Shown: piece after piece, positions 49,740 through 62,569 of the stretch
Position numbering within the stretch: the first letter of the stretch is position 1
How the letters are laid out: every line of letters starts with the position of its first letter
Source: Octopus sinensis
Taxonomy: Eukaryota
Assembly (NCBI RefSeq): GCF_006345805.1
Contig: NC_043008.1
Coordinates: forward strand, 62,496,001-62,560,000
Direction of reading: 5' to 3'
Length of the DNA stretch: 64,000 bases
Translations under genes and position numbers: made by a program
Notes under the pieces: generated by a model
Told to the model about the DNA's origin: nothing
Seen by the model: the letters and a program-made list of their open reading frames with translations, nothing else
Database searches by the model: none

Positions 49740-50640
49740 AAATTGAATAATTGAGCTTTGTCACCAATTGAAAACTGCACTGGTGATAAAACCGTTTGTG
49801 ATTATGCTCTCCAGGAGCTCCATTGTGATTGACTTCTTGAAAGTGACTCTCACAAACGAGTCCAATTTTAGTTCAAACATGTAATTGAAATGGAATAGGC
49901 TGATTGCCAGAGTCTTTCCAAGCATTCACATCAGACAACATGATCTCAAATGGACCTGTGAACAAATAATCTTACCACTGAAAAATATTATTGAGTGAGA
50001 AATCATCAGAAGGCAACTAGGCGCAGGAGTGGCTGTGTGGTAAGTAGCTTGCTTACCAACCACATGGTTCCGGGTTCAGTCCCACTATGTGGCACCTTGG
50101 GCAAGTGTCTTCTGCTATAGCCTTGGGCCGACCAAAGCCTTGTGAGTGGATTTGGTAGACGGAAACTGAAAGAAGCCTGTCGTATATATGTATATATATA
50201 TGTATTTGTGTGCATGTTTGTGTGTCTGTGTTTGTCCCCCTAGCATTGCTTGACAACCGATGCTGGTGTGTTTACGTCCCCGTCACTTAGCGGTTCGGCA
50301 AAAGAGACCGATAGAATAAGTACTGGGCTTACAAAGAATAAGTCCCGGGGTTGATTTGCTCGACTAAAGGCGGTGCTCCAGCATGGCCGCAGTCAAATGA
50401 CTGAAACAAGTAAAAGAGTAAAAGAGTAAAGAGAGAGTAGGTATGTTATAGGAAGAGCAACAATGCAATAAAACTGTAGACACAGTTCACAGGCCAAGCA
50501 TATAAATTATCCAACCTTGAATCTTTTAGAATTACAGCATGAAATTGAATGCTGGTGTTTCAGTTATGTTATTGTGTGATATAAACCCTCAAAAACTTCA
50601 AAATGGTGCAAGCCACATAAAAAAATATTATTACCTATAT
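49740..50640 (+). mobile_element. Helitron Pif1-like helicase fossil split by a SINE
   Basis: LIARVFPSIHIRQHDLKWTCEQIILPLKN before the SINE and MKLNAGVSVMLLCDINPQKLQNGA after it match the Helitron LIxxVFP....WLCERAILAPKN and LKVGxPIMLLRNLNPxxLCNGT motifs in order. Confidence 0.7.
50020..50435 (+). mobile_element. SINE family B, full length, least diverged copy
   Basis: aggcgcaggagtggctgtgtggtaag...ccgggttcagtcccac...gactgaaacaagtaaaagagtaaaagagta; CpGs retained. Confidence 0.9.
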
Positions 50641-51169
50641 TTTCAAAAAAAAAAAACATTTTGTGAGGAAAATTTCTTGATTGGAATTATTTCTTTCCCA
50701 GAATACTTCTGAAACCAATATATTTGTCATTTGAATTTCATAGGCTTCAATATTCTACCAGGCTCAGCTTTGAAATGGCATTAAAATTCTCAAAGACAAA
50801 CAATGGAATTTGTTATAATAAATCTAGTGACTCCTGGTTTTTCATATGGGTAGTTTATTTTGGAACTTCGAAGTTCAAACTTTGAGTGTCTCTTCATCAT
50901 TAAAAAATATATCTTCTGTCTTCTTAAAGACATCTCTATAGATTTTCTACAGAAATTATAGCCAGTACTGAAAGTCCCTATATTTTGTAAGCAAATACGC
51001 CTATGTAAACAATGGCTGAAGATAGAAAACACAGGTAATGCGTGTATATACATATTTCAGGATTTTTTGCTCCTTCTTCAGTATTCTATCCTATTAACCA
51101 TCAACAAACATAATACTTCAATAGCAACTATATTTAGCATTGTAACACAATTTTATCAATTATCTTTTT

Positions 51170-51420
51170 ACTTGTTCCAGTTATTATAAAGCAACCAAGC
51201 TGGAGCACTGATTTGAAGAGTTAGTCAAAAGAATTGGTCCAGCACAGTTTTTTAAGCCCGGCACTTATTCTATTGGTCTCTTATACCGAACTACAAAATT
51301 ATGGGGACTTACACAAACCAATACAGTTCTGAAGCAGTGGTGGGAGACAAACCCAAACACAAAGGCACACATAGATATATACATATACATATACTTACCA
51401 CACAGCCACTCCTACATTAT
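51170..51420 (-). mobile_element. Diverged SINE family B, 3' part
   Basis: Reverse complement of the family B tail. Confidence 0.65.
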
Positions 51421-51705
51421 ATTGCTATATTGATGTAATATTTATACACCGTTAGTTGTTTTGGTTGTTTTATATTTCACAGAATTTCAGCAGAAATTAA
51501 TAATGTGAAAGAGAAGTCAAGAGCACCTAGAATCATTGCAATGATTTCCACTGTTTCTCTTTAAGACTTTTCATGCCATTTCAAGACTGAGTCTGGTGGA
51601 ATATTAAAGCTTATTACATTGTACAGTTCATACCATGAAATTAATAACAGACGAATAGATATTATGCTACTTTTTGGTTGTAAGTGAAACAGGAAAGTAT
51701 ATTAA

Positions 51706-51943
51706 TACAGGTTTAGCCAAAAGTTACCCGGCAGTAAATCAAAATTCTATAAATACTGTCTGTAATTCTGTATTGACTCAGATGGAAAAATTTGTTGCTC
51801 AAGGAGCACTTCATTTTGAACAATTTTCATGATGTTTCGTATTTAGATGCTTTTATTAAATTCATTCAGTTGTTAAGCATAAATAAATCTTGGAATTAAA
51901 TGGTTTTGATTTACTGTCAGGTGACTTTTTGGCCAAACCTGTA
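51706..51943 (+). mobile_element. Tc1/mariner-type MITE
   Basis: TA at both ends; ~38-bp imperfect TIRs caggtttagccaaaagttacccggcagtaaatcaaaa / ttttgatttactgtcaggtgactttttggccaaacctg; internal EKFVAQGALHFEQFS* resembles a transposase C-terminus. Confidence 0.85.
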
Positions 51944-52449
51944 TATGAAGAAACAAAACGACACAAATAATTAACAGTGAAGATTGAGACACTCATAACA
52001 CGAACGTCTTTCAACTGGAGTGCAATAAACACATCAGAGATGATTGTGTATATAAGTAACAAAATTACATCTGTCTGAAAACATCTTATTTCTTGTTCTT
52101 ACATTCAGTGACAGGGCTTTACTGCCTCAATGAAACTATGATGGTGATGACATTGTTTCTGATTACACTAATGGGATTGACTTCTTGAAAGCTACTTCTA
52201 TGGCAGAAAGCAAAGCAGCAGCACAAGATATCTGAATGTGCCATATCACCATATCACTGTAGTTAGCCATTTTGGAAAGAGTTTTAATCTTTTTGTTATT
52301 TGAGTATTTTAATGGTTTTTGAATCCTATAAATTTATTTCCCTCTGTTTCACTTTGTTTAACTTGTTGGCTTTTGCTTGGTCACAGCTGTCCAAGAAGTT
52401 TTAAAAAGGATTGATTTCATTAAAATTACCATTTAAAAGTTGATCAAAT

Positions 52450-52587
52450 ATGGGTGCAAGCATTGTTCTTTTGTAAGATTGCTTCGAAACTACATAGTTC
52501 TGGATTCAGTGTGACCCTTTGGAACCTTGGGCAAGTGTCTTCTGTTACAGCCGACCAAGCCTTATGAGTGGATTTGGTAGACAGAAT

Positions 52588-52663
<76 letters not shown>

Positions 52664-53180
52664 CGCAGAAGTGGCTGTGTGGTAAGTCGCTTGCTTACCA
52701 ACCACATGGTTCCGGGTTCAGTCCCACTGTGTGGCACCTTGGGTAAGTGTCTTCTACTATGTTAGTTGTTTGACCATAACTAGTTGAGCATGTCCTTTGG
52801 TGGCTGATGATATGGTCATCTCTGATCATGTGCAGAAGTAGTGAGAGAGAATCATAGCCATGTAATGACAGGAATTCTTTGGGGTTTGAATAATTCATCT
52901 TTGGAAACATGGGTGTTTTGTTTAATACCTTTCAATAACCCCTATTAGGGACCTTTTGAGTGGCATGGACTACTTGACCTGAAGAAAATTCTAAGTGGGC
53001 CCCACCTTCAAGGTCATGCATTGTTTATCTTGATATGAGATCACCATGTCACGCTCATATTGTTGTGATGCATGTACCTGGTGTATCCTTATCAGACAGA
53101 TAGTTATGATGTGTATACTGAGCTTGATGTGTATATTTTACTCCAGTGTCACTTTGATTGCATGCACTGCTCTCTCACTC
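52450..53180 (+). mobile_element. SINE family B heads (52450-52590 diverged; 52661-52760 young), the second joined to an (AAT)n-tailed repeat body (52760-53180)
   Basis: The family B match ends at gtgtcttctactat and the match to 38780-39200 (reverse complement) begins immediately. Confidence 0.75.
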
Positions 53181-53199
53181 AATAATAATAATAATAATA

Positions 53200-53251
<52 letters not shown>

Positions 53252-53256
53252 TAATA

Positions 53257-53301
<45 letters not shown>

Positions 53302-53419
53302 TAATAATAATAATAATAATAGACATAAGAAGCTTCATTCTCTCATGAAGGAGAGAAAAAACTTACTCTTGAATTCATGCATCATACCCAGTTTGAACCA
53401 CATGAAGGAAGTATAACAA

Positions 53420-54390
53420 CTGTTGTTGCAAAAAGGTGAAATCTATGGAAAAGAATAAAACCTTTTAAACAATTGGCAGATAATTAGGAACAAAAACTTC
53501 TGCATGGCAATATGTGGCCCATAGTAAACAAGCTGTTGGAGAAGCATATCCATCAGTGGTTATGGCGCTCAGGATTAAAGGCAGAAAGTGAGAAGCTTTA
53601 TCTTAGCTTCTCAAGATCAGAGCTTATTGACCTGGAACTACCAAGCCAATGTAATAAAAATAATGGAGTAGACCCAAAGTGCTAATACTGCAATGATGAG
53701 ATTGAAACAGTCGACCACCTAATCTCTGGATGCAAAGTTTCAGCACCTAGAGTTAGCCTATACTTTACACTGGTTAATAAGTGGCATTATAAGATCAAAG
53801 TGCTGATAAATGGTATAAGTGCCACCCAGAGGCTGTAACTGTGGAAGAAAATGTAATAATTCTTTGGGGCTTTCCTGTACATACAGACCAGAACATCAAA
53901 GCAAATAAACCAGATGTGGTTGTGAAAGACAAAAACAATAAAATCTATTTATTGATCAACATGAGTATTCCTGGTGATCATAATATCATGGCAAAAAAAT
54001 TTGACAAGTTTAGAAAATATAAAGATTTGCTCAATGAAATCACAAAAATGTGGCATCTCAAGATGGTTACAATACCAGTGATTGTAGGAGCACTCAGAAT
54101 GATCAAAAGATGGACTGAAATTTATTTGAAAATGATCCTTGGCTTACCACCCATGAAAGAAATGCAAAAGACTGTTTTAACTAGTACATCACATATATTG
54201 AGAAGAGCATTATTTTTACTGTGAATTTTTTCCTTTTTCCTTTCTTTTTTTTTTATCACCTACTTTGACTTTATAGACGTACAAACTGAGGCATTTATTC
54301 TAATGGCCTACCAATGTACACAGTGAGTTTTTGCCCAAGGTGTCAAGAAGACACTCAGCAACAAATGAAAACGAAATTGAAAGAATTAAA
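53420..54390 (+). mobile_element. R4/Dong-like retrotransposon 3' portion (knuckle plus RLE)
   Basis: KLLHG...WLWRSGLKAESE..ILASQDQSL...PKC*YCNDEIETVDHLISGC; ORF 53841..54224 reads LWGFPVHTDQNIKANKPDVVVKD...KYKDL..EITKMW. Confidence 0.9.
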
Positions 54391-54414
54391 ATTATTATTA
54401 TTATTATTATTATT

Positions 54415-55205
54415 CTGTTTGACTTTTGCTTTATGTTTGTACAAGTTGGCTCCAAATCTCACCCAGAGACCTCAAGAGACAACAGGTTGGAAGTTCATGT
54501 TGTTGTTATGCCTAGTGTGCCATATATTTGGTTTTTTTTTGTTTTTTTCTTTTTTTCCCCTCTTTTTTTTGGTGTTGTAGTAGTGAATGTCTAATAAATA
54601 AATTTAAAAAAAAAATTTTTTTTTAATTAAAAAATAAAAAAAAGTTTGTTTTAAACCTTGGGATTACATAGAGAGTATTTTGCGTAGGATATGAGCAGTT
54701 CCCATGAGCACTATCTTTTGAATTTCTGCCATTTTGGGGTTTCCTGGTATCTGAGTTAGGTAGCAATCAGCCCCTTTCGCTATCATTCCCAGGGCACCTA
54801 TGACAACAGGTATTGCTTTAGTCTTCAGGTTCCACAATTTGCTGATTTCTATTTCAAGATCTTTATATTTGCCCAGTTTTTGGTAGGTCTTGACAGATAC
54901 ATTTATATCGATTGGGACAGTCATATCAATGAGGAGGCATGTTCTTTGTCTGAAGTCTTTCTATATGATGTCTGGCCTATTTGCATCAACTTTCTATCAG
55001 TTTGAATGGTGAAGTTCCAGAGGAGTGAGATGTGGTCATTTTGAAGCACTGGAGGTGGATTGTGTTCCCACCAGTTTTTTTCATGGGGCGAATCCAGGTT
55101 TTTGCAAATTACCCAGTGAATATATTGTGCAACTCTATCATGCCTGTTGAGGTACTCTGTAGGCACTAGAAGACTGCATTTAGAGACAACATGATCAATG
55201 GTTTC

Positions 55206-55207
<2 letters not shown>
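54415..55207 (-). mobile_element. R4/Dong-like 3' portion with 3' UTR, flanked by (ATT)n on both sides
   Basis: ETIDHVVSKC..EYLNRHD...LLWNFTIQTDRK; ORF 54664..54924 reads KYKDLEIEISKLW...PVVIGALG...ILRKILSM. Confidence 0.9.
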
Positions 55208-55241
<34 letters not shown>

Positions 55242-55311
55242 CATCATTATCATCATCACCATCATCCTCATCATCATCATCGTCATCATCATCATCCTCA
55301 TCATCATCATA

Positions 55312-55356
<45 letters not shown>

Positions 55357-55357
<1 letters not shown>

Positions 55358-56377
55358 GACAAGATGAAGAGTGTGATTCAATTGCAAAAGTTATTTTTTT
55401 GGTTGCATGATATTTCAACAACAATCATTGTTTTGTCCAGTTAAAAAAAATGTGATAAGAATCCCAAATTATAGAAATTCAAACCTAAAGTATGAACGAG
55501 AGCAACCAGCATCCACATGTTGATGGAATGACATCAACAGTCTTTAAGTATCAATTTTATAACTGGCAAAAAGAAAAAGAGAGAAAAAAGTGCAAAAGAA
55601 AAAAGAATATTTAATTCAACAGTCATGTGTAAATTTGATGATATTCTCCAATCATTTTATTAATTCCTCCAAGGCATGATGTTAATAACCCACAAACGTA
55701 TTTCTCCTCATGCATTTTGAGTATTAAAAGTGAAGCAGATTCAAAAAATTTTCTGAGAATATGCGCTTTCAAGTCTTTATCAAAACTACAGCTGTCTGAA
55801 GCAAAATGTTTGGCAAGTTCTGGGTGGTACTTATACCATTTATCAGCAGTAGCTCGACAGAACTTTCCAAACATTTTGCTTCAGACAGATGAAATTTTGA
55901 TAAAAACTTGAAACTGTATATTCTCAGAAAATATTCTGAATCTGCTTCACTTCCAATACTCAAAATGCATAAGGAGAAATATGTTTGCTGGTTATTAACA
56001 TCACGACCTGGAGGAAGGAATAAAATGACAGAATATCATCAAATTTTAACAAAACTGTCTGATTAAATATTCTTCATTTTCCTTTTCTTTCTTTTTTGCT
56101 GTCTTTCTTTCTATCTTTTTCTTTTTGCCAGTTATAAAATTGAAACTTAAAGACTGATGATGTCATTCCATCAATATGTTGACACTGGTTTCTCTCATTC
56201 CTATTTTACATTTGAATTTCTATAATCTTGAATCTTTATCAGGTTTTATTTTGAACTCAACAAAGACAGGCTTGCTATTGAAATATCATTCAACCAATAA
56301 AATATCTATTGCAATCACATCGAGCTCTTCATCCTGTCTGTTTACCTTTGTGAAGAGTTACATCAATCCTTTTAAAA

Positions 56378-56421
<44 letters not shown>

Positions 56422-57439
56422 GACAAGATGAAGAGTGTGATGCAATTGCAAAAGTTATTTTTTTGGTTGCATGATATTTCAACAACAATCATTGTTTTGT
56501 CCAGTTAAAAAAAATGTGATAAGAATCCCAAATTATAGAAATTCAAACCTAAAGTATGAACGAGAGCAACCAGCATCCACATGTTGATGGAATTACATCA
56601 ACAGTCTTTAAGTATCAATTTTATAACTGGCAAAAAGAAAAAGAGAGAAAAAGTGCAAAAGAAAAAGAATATTTAATTCAACAGTCGTGTGTAAATTTGA
56701 TGATATTCTCCAATCATTTTATTAATTCCTCCTAGGCATGATGTTAATAACCCACAAACGTATTTCTCCTCATGCATTTTGAGTATTAAAAGTGAAGCAG
56801 ATTCAAAAAATTTTCTGAGAATATGCGCTTTCAAGTCTTTATCAAAACTACAGCTGTCTGAAGCAAAATGTTTGGCAAGTTCTGGGTGGTACTTATACCA
56901 TTTATCAGCAGTAGCTCGACAGAACTTTCCAAACATTTTGCTTCAGACAGATGAAATTTTGATAAAAACTTGAAAGTGTATATTCTCAGAAAATATTCTG
57001 AATCTGCTTCACTTCCAATACTCAAAATGCATAAGGAGAAATATGTTTGCTGGTTATTAACATCACGACCTGGAGGAAGGAATAAAATGACAGAATATCA
57101 TCAAATTTTAACAAAACTGTCTGATTAAATATTCTTCATTTTCCTTTTCTTTCTTTTTTGCTGTCTTTCTTTCTATCTTTTTCTTTTTGCCAGTTATAAA
57201 ATTGAAACTTAAAGACTGATGATGTCATTCCATCAATGTGTTGACACTGGTTTCTCTCATTCATATTTTACATTTGAATTTCTATAATCTTGAATCTTTA
57301 TCAGGTTTTATTTTGAACTCAACAAAGACAGGCTTGCTATTGAAATATCATTCAACCAATAAAATATCTATTGCAATCACATCGAGCTCTTCATCCTGTC
57401 TGTTTACCTTTGTGAAGAGTTACATCAATCCTTTTAAAA

Positions 57440-57440
<1 letters not shown>
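55357..57440. repeat. Tandem duplication (period 1064 bp) of a ~985-bp foldback unit bounded by (ATT)n
   Basis: Units start at 55357 and 56421 and are nearly identical; within each, ~470-bp imperfect inverted arms flank a ~35-bp spacer (55823-55857). Confidence 0.9.
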
Positions 57441-57493
<53 letters not shown>

Positions 57494-57498
57494 CACCA

Positions 57499-57544
<46 letters not shown>

Positions 57545-58339
57545 GTTGTCATATGGCCTTGTGGCAAAATTTGAAATTATTATAATTTTGAGATGGGAAA
57601 TTATTTCCCTTCACTTCTAAACCATGTGGTTTCATGTTCAGTCCTACTGTGTGGCACCTTGGACAACTGTCTTCTAATCTAGCCCCATGCGAATCAAAAC
57701 TGAAAGTGGATTTAGTACATGGAAACTGATAGATCCTTATCCATCAAAGCCTAAGTCTGTGTGTCTTTTTGTTTACATCTACAATCACCTGTATGAAACT
57801 GTGGTGCTTAGTGTTGTCAGTTTCACCTGTCAAGTAATCATCAAGGTACTTCGCCCATTCAAAACCCATGTGGAACACCTGACTGCCTTACTTGAAAACC
57901 AGGCATGGTTTAGCAGTAGAAAGGGCATCCATCGAACTGTAAAGCATTGCCTTGAATAAGGTATTCATCTAATCCATACAAGCATAAATAAAAAAAAACA
58001 ACAGAGGTTACACTAATGAATGAAAAACATATATAAAACAAATGTTACATCACTTTTGTTTGGTACTGCGGTCAATGATGTTTTTCAAAAATGAACGACT
58101 TCAACAAGATTACCTTCTTAGTATAGCCTTTGTTGATAATAAGATGTTTCTTATTTAGAAAACAAACAAAAAATAATTCAGAGAAGTAAACAAAAAAAAA
58201 GCATCATTATTTGAAAGTTTTGGGGAAAGAAATAAAATAAAAATTAAAACAAGTTATAGTGTAATGCATGAGTTAACTATTTTCAGGCATTTACTTTGTT
58301 TGTTTTGGTAATTCAGAAAAGCCAAGTTGTTGCTTTTGT

Positions 58340-58380
58340 TGTTGACGTTGTTGTTATTGTCATTGTTATTATTATTATTA

Positions 58381-58429
<49 letters not shown>

Positions 58430-58436
58430 ATTACTC

Positions 58437-58476
<40 letters not shown>

Positions 58477-58630
58477 CATCATTATTATTATTATTACTAT
58501 TATTATTATTATTATTACTATTATTATATTATTATTATCATATTATTATTATTATTATTATTATTATCATCATTATTATTATTATTACTATTATTATTAT
58601 TATTATTACTATTATTATATTATTATTATA

Positions 58631-58664
<34 letters not shown>

Positions 58665-59030
58665 CATTATTATCATTATTATCATTATTATTATTATCAT
58701 TATTATATTATTATTATTATTATTATTATCATTATTATCATTATTATTATTATCATTATTATTATTGTTTTATTGTTATTATTATTATTATTATCATCAT
58801 TATTATTATTATCATATTATTATTATTATTATTATTGTTATTATTATTATTATTTTATTATTATTATTATTATTTATTATTATTATTATAATTATTATTA
58901 TTATTATTATTATTAGTATTATTGTTATTATTATTATTGTTATTATTATTATTAATAATATTAATATTATTATTATTATTATTGTTATTATTGTTATTAT
59001 TATTGTTATTATTGTTATTCATTGTTATTT
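58340..59030. repeat. Long imperfect (ATT)n microsatellite
   Basis: Direct reading; source of ORFs 58296..58916 and 58765..59214. Confidence 0.95.
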
Positions 59031-59405
59031 TTATTTAGTCATGTTCTTCAATTTTATTTCATTTTATGTGTTTGTTTGTTTGTTTGTTTTTGTTTTTATT
59101 TTGCCATTTCCTATCATTGTTGGTTTTTCATTTTTAATGACGCCGCTTCAGTCAAAGATTAGCCATATTTTCCTCTCAGAACCAAAACCGAACGAGTCAG
59201 TCAGTCATGTTTAAGGCTTAACATTACTCTGTTTACATAAAACATATTTGTTAGATTTTTGCAACTGCTACTCTACATCGAAGCAAAAATAATATGAAAA
59301 ATAGAGAAAAAAATATATTAATAACATTCCGAATATTACTAATAATATAAAGCAATGTTACGTTATATGCTACAATATGAATATGTATAAATATGTATAT
59401 AAGTA

Positions 59406-59438
<33 letters not shown>

Positions 59439-59739
59439 GTGTGTTTGTGTGTATGTATACATACACATACACAAATACATATAAATACACATATGTTTAT
59501 ATATATATATACATATATACATACATACATATATATATATATGTATGTATGTATATATATTATGTGCATACATACATATATTTAACTACCATCTGTTATA
59601 TAACATGGTATAAAATTTTACGTTTGTATACCTGGTGTTTTAGGTTTCTTGTTTCCAGCTCAGTTCTTGTATGAGATTCAGCCCAAATGATGAACGAAAA
59701 TAAATATATAAATATTGAGGTAGTAAAAAGAAGGAAAAT

Positions 59740-60130
59740 GTCAGAACTAGTCATTTCAATCCTCTTTGGAAGAAAAGACTAAGATATTATATGAAAGCAG
59801 AATATATATAAAAAAATTTGGTTGGAAATCATATTCAAAGTTCTATAATGGTGATCTTTCTCATCTGCTTTCTTCCAATTTCTGTCTTGTTTTTCCCTAT
59901 TTTTTATTTTCTTTCCATTATTCTTTAATATTTTTCATATATTTTGTTTCATTTTCCATAACTGTCTTTTATTATATCAATTTTTTTTTAAAACGTTCCT
60001 CTATTTCACAAGGCATCTTTCATATTTTTCTACTTCTAATATCATATATTTAAGACATCATATTTTTCATAGAAACTCGTCCGATTCTACTTTGCAAAGT
60101 TTCCCTTTCAGAAGGTTCTGGTGTTACATC
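59740..60130 (-). mobile_element. Decayed L1/Tx1-like linker remnant
   Basis: Minus frame ends ...FPTKFFY, like the Tx1 EKPTKxFF motif. Confidence 0.3.
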
Positions 60131-61153
60131 ATCTCCTCCTAACTACGTTCACTCTCTTATGGCATATACTGCTACTCCCATGCTATTCCTTTACTCATGC
60201 TATCACTATTTTTGCTCATATTACCACATTCATTCCTCTGTAATTAATTCAGTTCCTGACTCTATTATTCATGAAACTAATAAGTACTCTAAGAAACAAA
60301 AAACTATGGACGATGAATATTCAGTTTTATAGTTAATTGCATGCACCACAATGTATTGAAAGGGCTTTTTTGAATGATATATATGTTCCTTTCATTACTA
60401 TATTTCTGTGAATATACTCTGACTTTGTTTCAACAAATTTTGAAAATAACAAAGAATTTAATAAAACAACCATGTCACTATTAAGGGGTGTTTTGAAGAT
60501 AAATTAACAGGAAATTTTGCTGCAATTTTTTAATTTAGCTTACTTCAAAACAGAGCCAGTGGTAGTTTCAGAAAAAATAGTATCACTAAATTATATAAAC
60601 ACACACTCATGCACATGTACCTTGGTCAAATAGTTTAAAATGTTCACTTTGCTATCCTAGCATATCAGGTTCATCCCTCGGTATGGTATCTTTGGTAAGT
60701 AAATTTTACTACTTCTTTGGGTCAACCAACCCATGTGAGTGAAAATAGATGGGCACAAAATGTACAGAAGTCCATTATATGGTTTATATCTGAAGTTCCG
60801 TGGTACAACCTTGTCACACACTGTTTCTTGATGATTCTGATGGGAATTCTGTTAATGCTCGTCCACTTATACATTTATACAATGAAAGGAAGTTGAAAGG
60901 ACCAGAAACCAAATTCACTTCAGCATTTGTTATAGGATTTTACCTTCTCCTAGAAGGAATTTTTAATGAGAAATAGGGGTCTTACACTCCATGGATTGCT
61001 ATCATATATACATACATATACATTTCACATGTACAAACATACATATATATGTGTATATGTGAATAAACATAGATATATGCATATGTATATGTATAAGTAT
61101 ATGTATATGCAAATAAAAGTATATATACGTGTGTACAAATATTAGTAAGAAGC

Positions 61154-61945
61154 AGTATATAAACAAAATCAAATGCACATCACATCACACATACATAAGG
61201 TACGTGTGTTGTTAGTTCGTGGGTTGGCTGCAGTCTTTATGTGTAAAAGAATACATTCTCTATGCACCTGGTGTAAAAAACACTTGAAAGGAAGTCAGTT
61301 GAGTTAGACAACTCACATCAGGTCCTTTCTTGGAGTTACAGACACCCACGTTTCATCATTGTTTTGACTCATCAGTGCCATATACCGAACAAGGCCTGCT
61401 GCAACCCATTTTGTCATCTATGACTATATATGAAAAAGGGCCTGATGTGAGTTATCTCACTTGACTGTGACTTACTTTCAGGTTTTTTTTTATAGCAGGT
61501 GCATACAGAAGATATTCTCTTACACCTAAAAACTACAGCCAACCCATGAACTAAGAACACACATACATTATGTATGTGTGTTTGATTTTGTTTATATACT
61601 TCAGGATGCTTCTAATTCACATTTGAATTTTTCCAAGGCAGGAAATGGTGGGACAGGCCAGCAGATGGTGTTTAAACCATTTAGCATATAATCATAGTTG
61701 GGAATATGGCTTGCAGCAGGCCTTGTTTGGAATGCGGCATTGCTAAATCAAAACAATGATGAAACATCAATGTCTGTCACTCTGAGAAAGGATCTGATAT
61801 GAGTTGTCTTGCTTGACTATGTCTTATTTTCAGGTGTGTTTTTTTTCACACCAGATGCATAGAGAATATATTCTGTTATTCTTAAAAACTGCAGCCAACC
61901 CACAAACTACCAACACACATACCTTGCATATGTGTGTTCGATTTC
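61154..61945. repeat. Three-arm inverted repeat cluster with hammerhead-like motifs
   Basis: 61154-61400 is inverted relative to 61432-61600 and to 61711-61945; minus strand 61379-61341 reads ggca-CTGATGA-gtc(aaaacaat)gat-GAAAC-gtg. Confidence 0.8.
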
Positions 61946-61949
61946 GTGT

Positions 61950-62044
61950 GTGTATATATATATGTATGTATATATCTATATATGTATATATATGTATGTA
62001 TATATATGTATATATATATGTATGTATATATATATATGTATATA

Positions 62045-62083
<39 letters not shown>

Positions 62084-62085
62084 TA

Positions 62086-62125
<40 letters not shown>

Positions 62126-62134
62126 TATATATAT

Positions 62135-62168
<34 letters not shown>

Positions 62169-62175
62169 CATATAC

Positions 62176-62263
<88 letters not shown>

Positions 62264-62295
62264 ATATAGATATATATATATATATATATATATAA
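61950..62295. repeat. Long (TA)n-rich microsatellite
   Basis: Direct reading. Confidence 0.95.
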
Positions 62296-62569
62296 ACAAA
62301 CTTTGAAAGTGTCAAATGGGTTGGTATTTTAGGGAAAATTCAATAAATTTTAGAAAATTGGGTAAATACACTTAGAAAACAATTTTCAGCAGGCTGCTAC
62401 AAATACATTTATACATTAGTTCTTGCTTTTATAAATCCACTGATAATAAATCTATCTGCTTAATGTATCCAAAGTGTGTTGGGATGGAATTTTTATACAT
62501 AAAATCTTTTGTTAAATGAATCCAAACCATCACTTGATAAATTCAATTGTAGCTACTTCTTCCTAAAGC

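Noticed and set aside
49723-49955. Candidate minus-strand exon with good splice-like sites
   Set aside because: Stops in all three frames; the plus strand is explained by the Helitron helicase fossil.
55623-57585. Pairs of near-identical 64-115-aa ORFs suggesting a duplicated small gene cluster
   Set aside because: Explained by tandem duplication of a palindromic AT-rich unit; no coding signature recognised.
58296-59214. 206- and 149-aa hydrophobic ORFs resembling membrane proteins
   Set aside because: Translations of (ATT)n.
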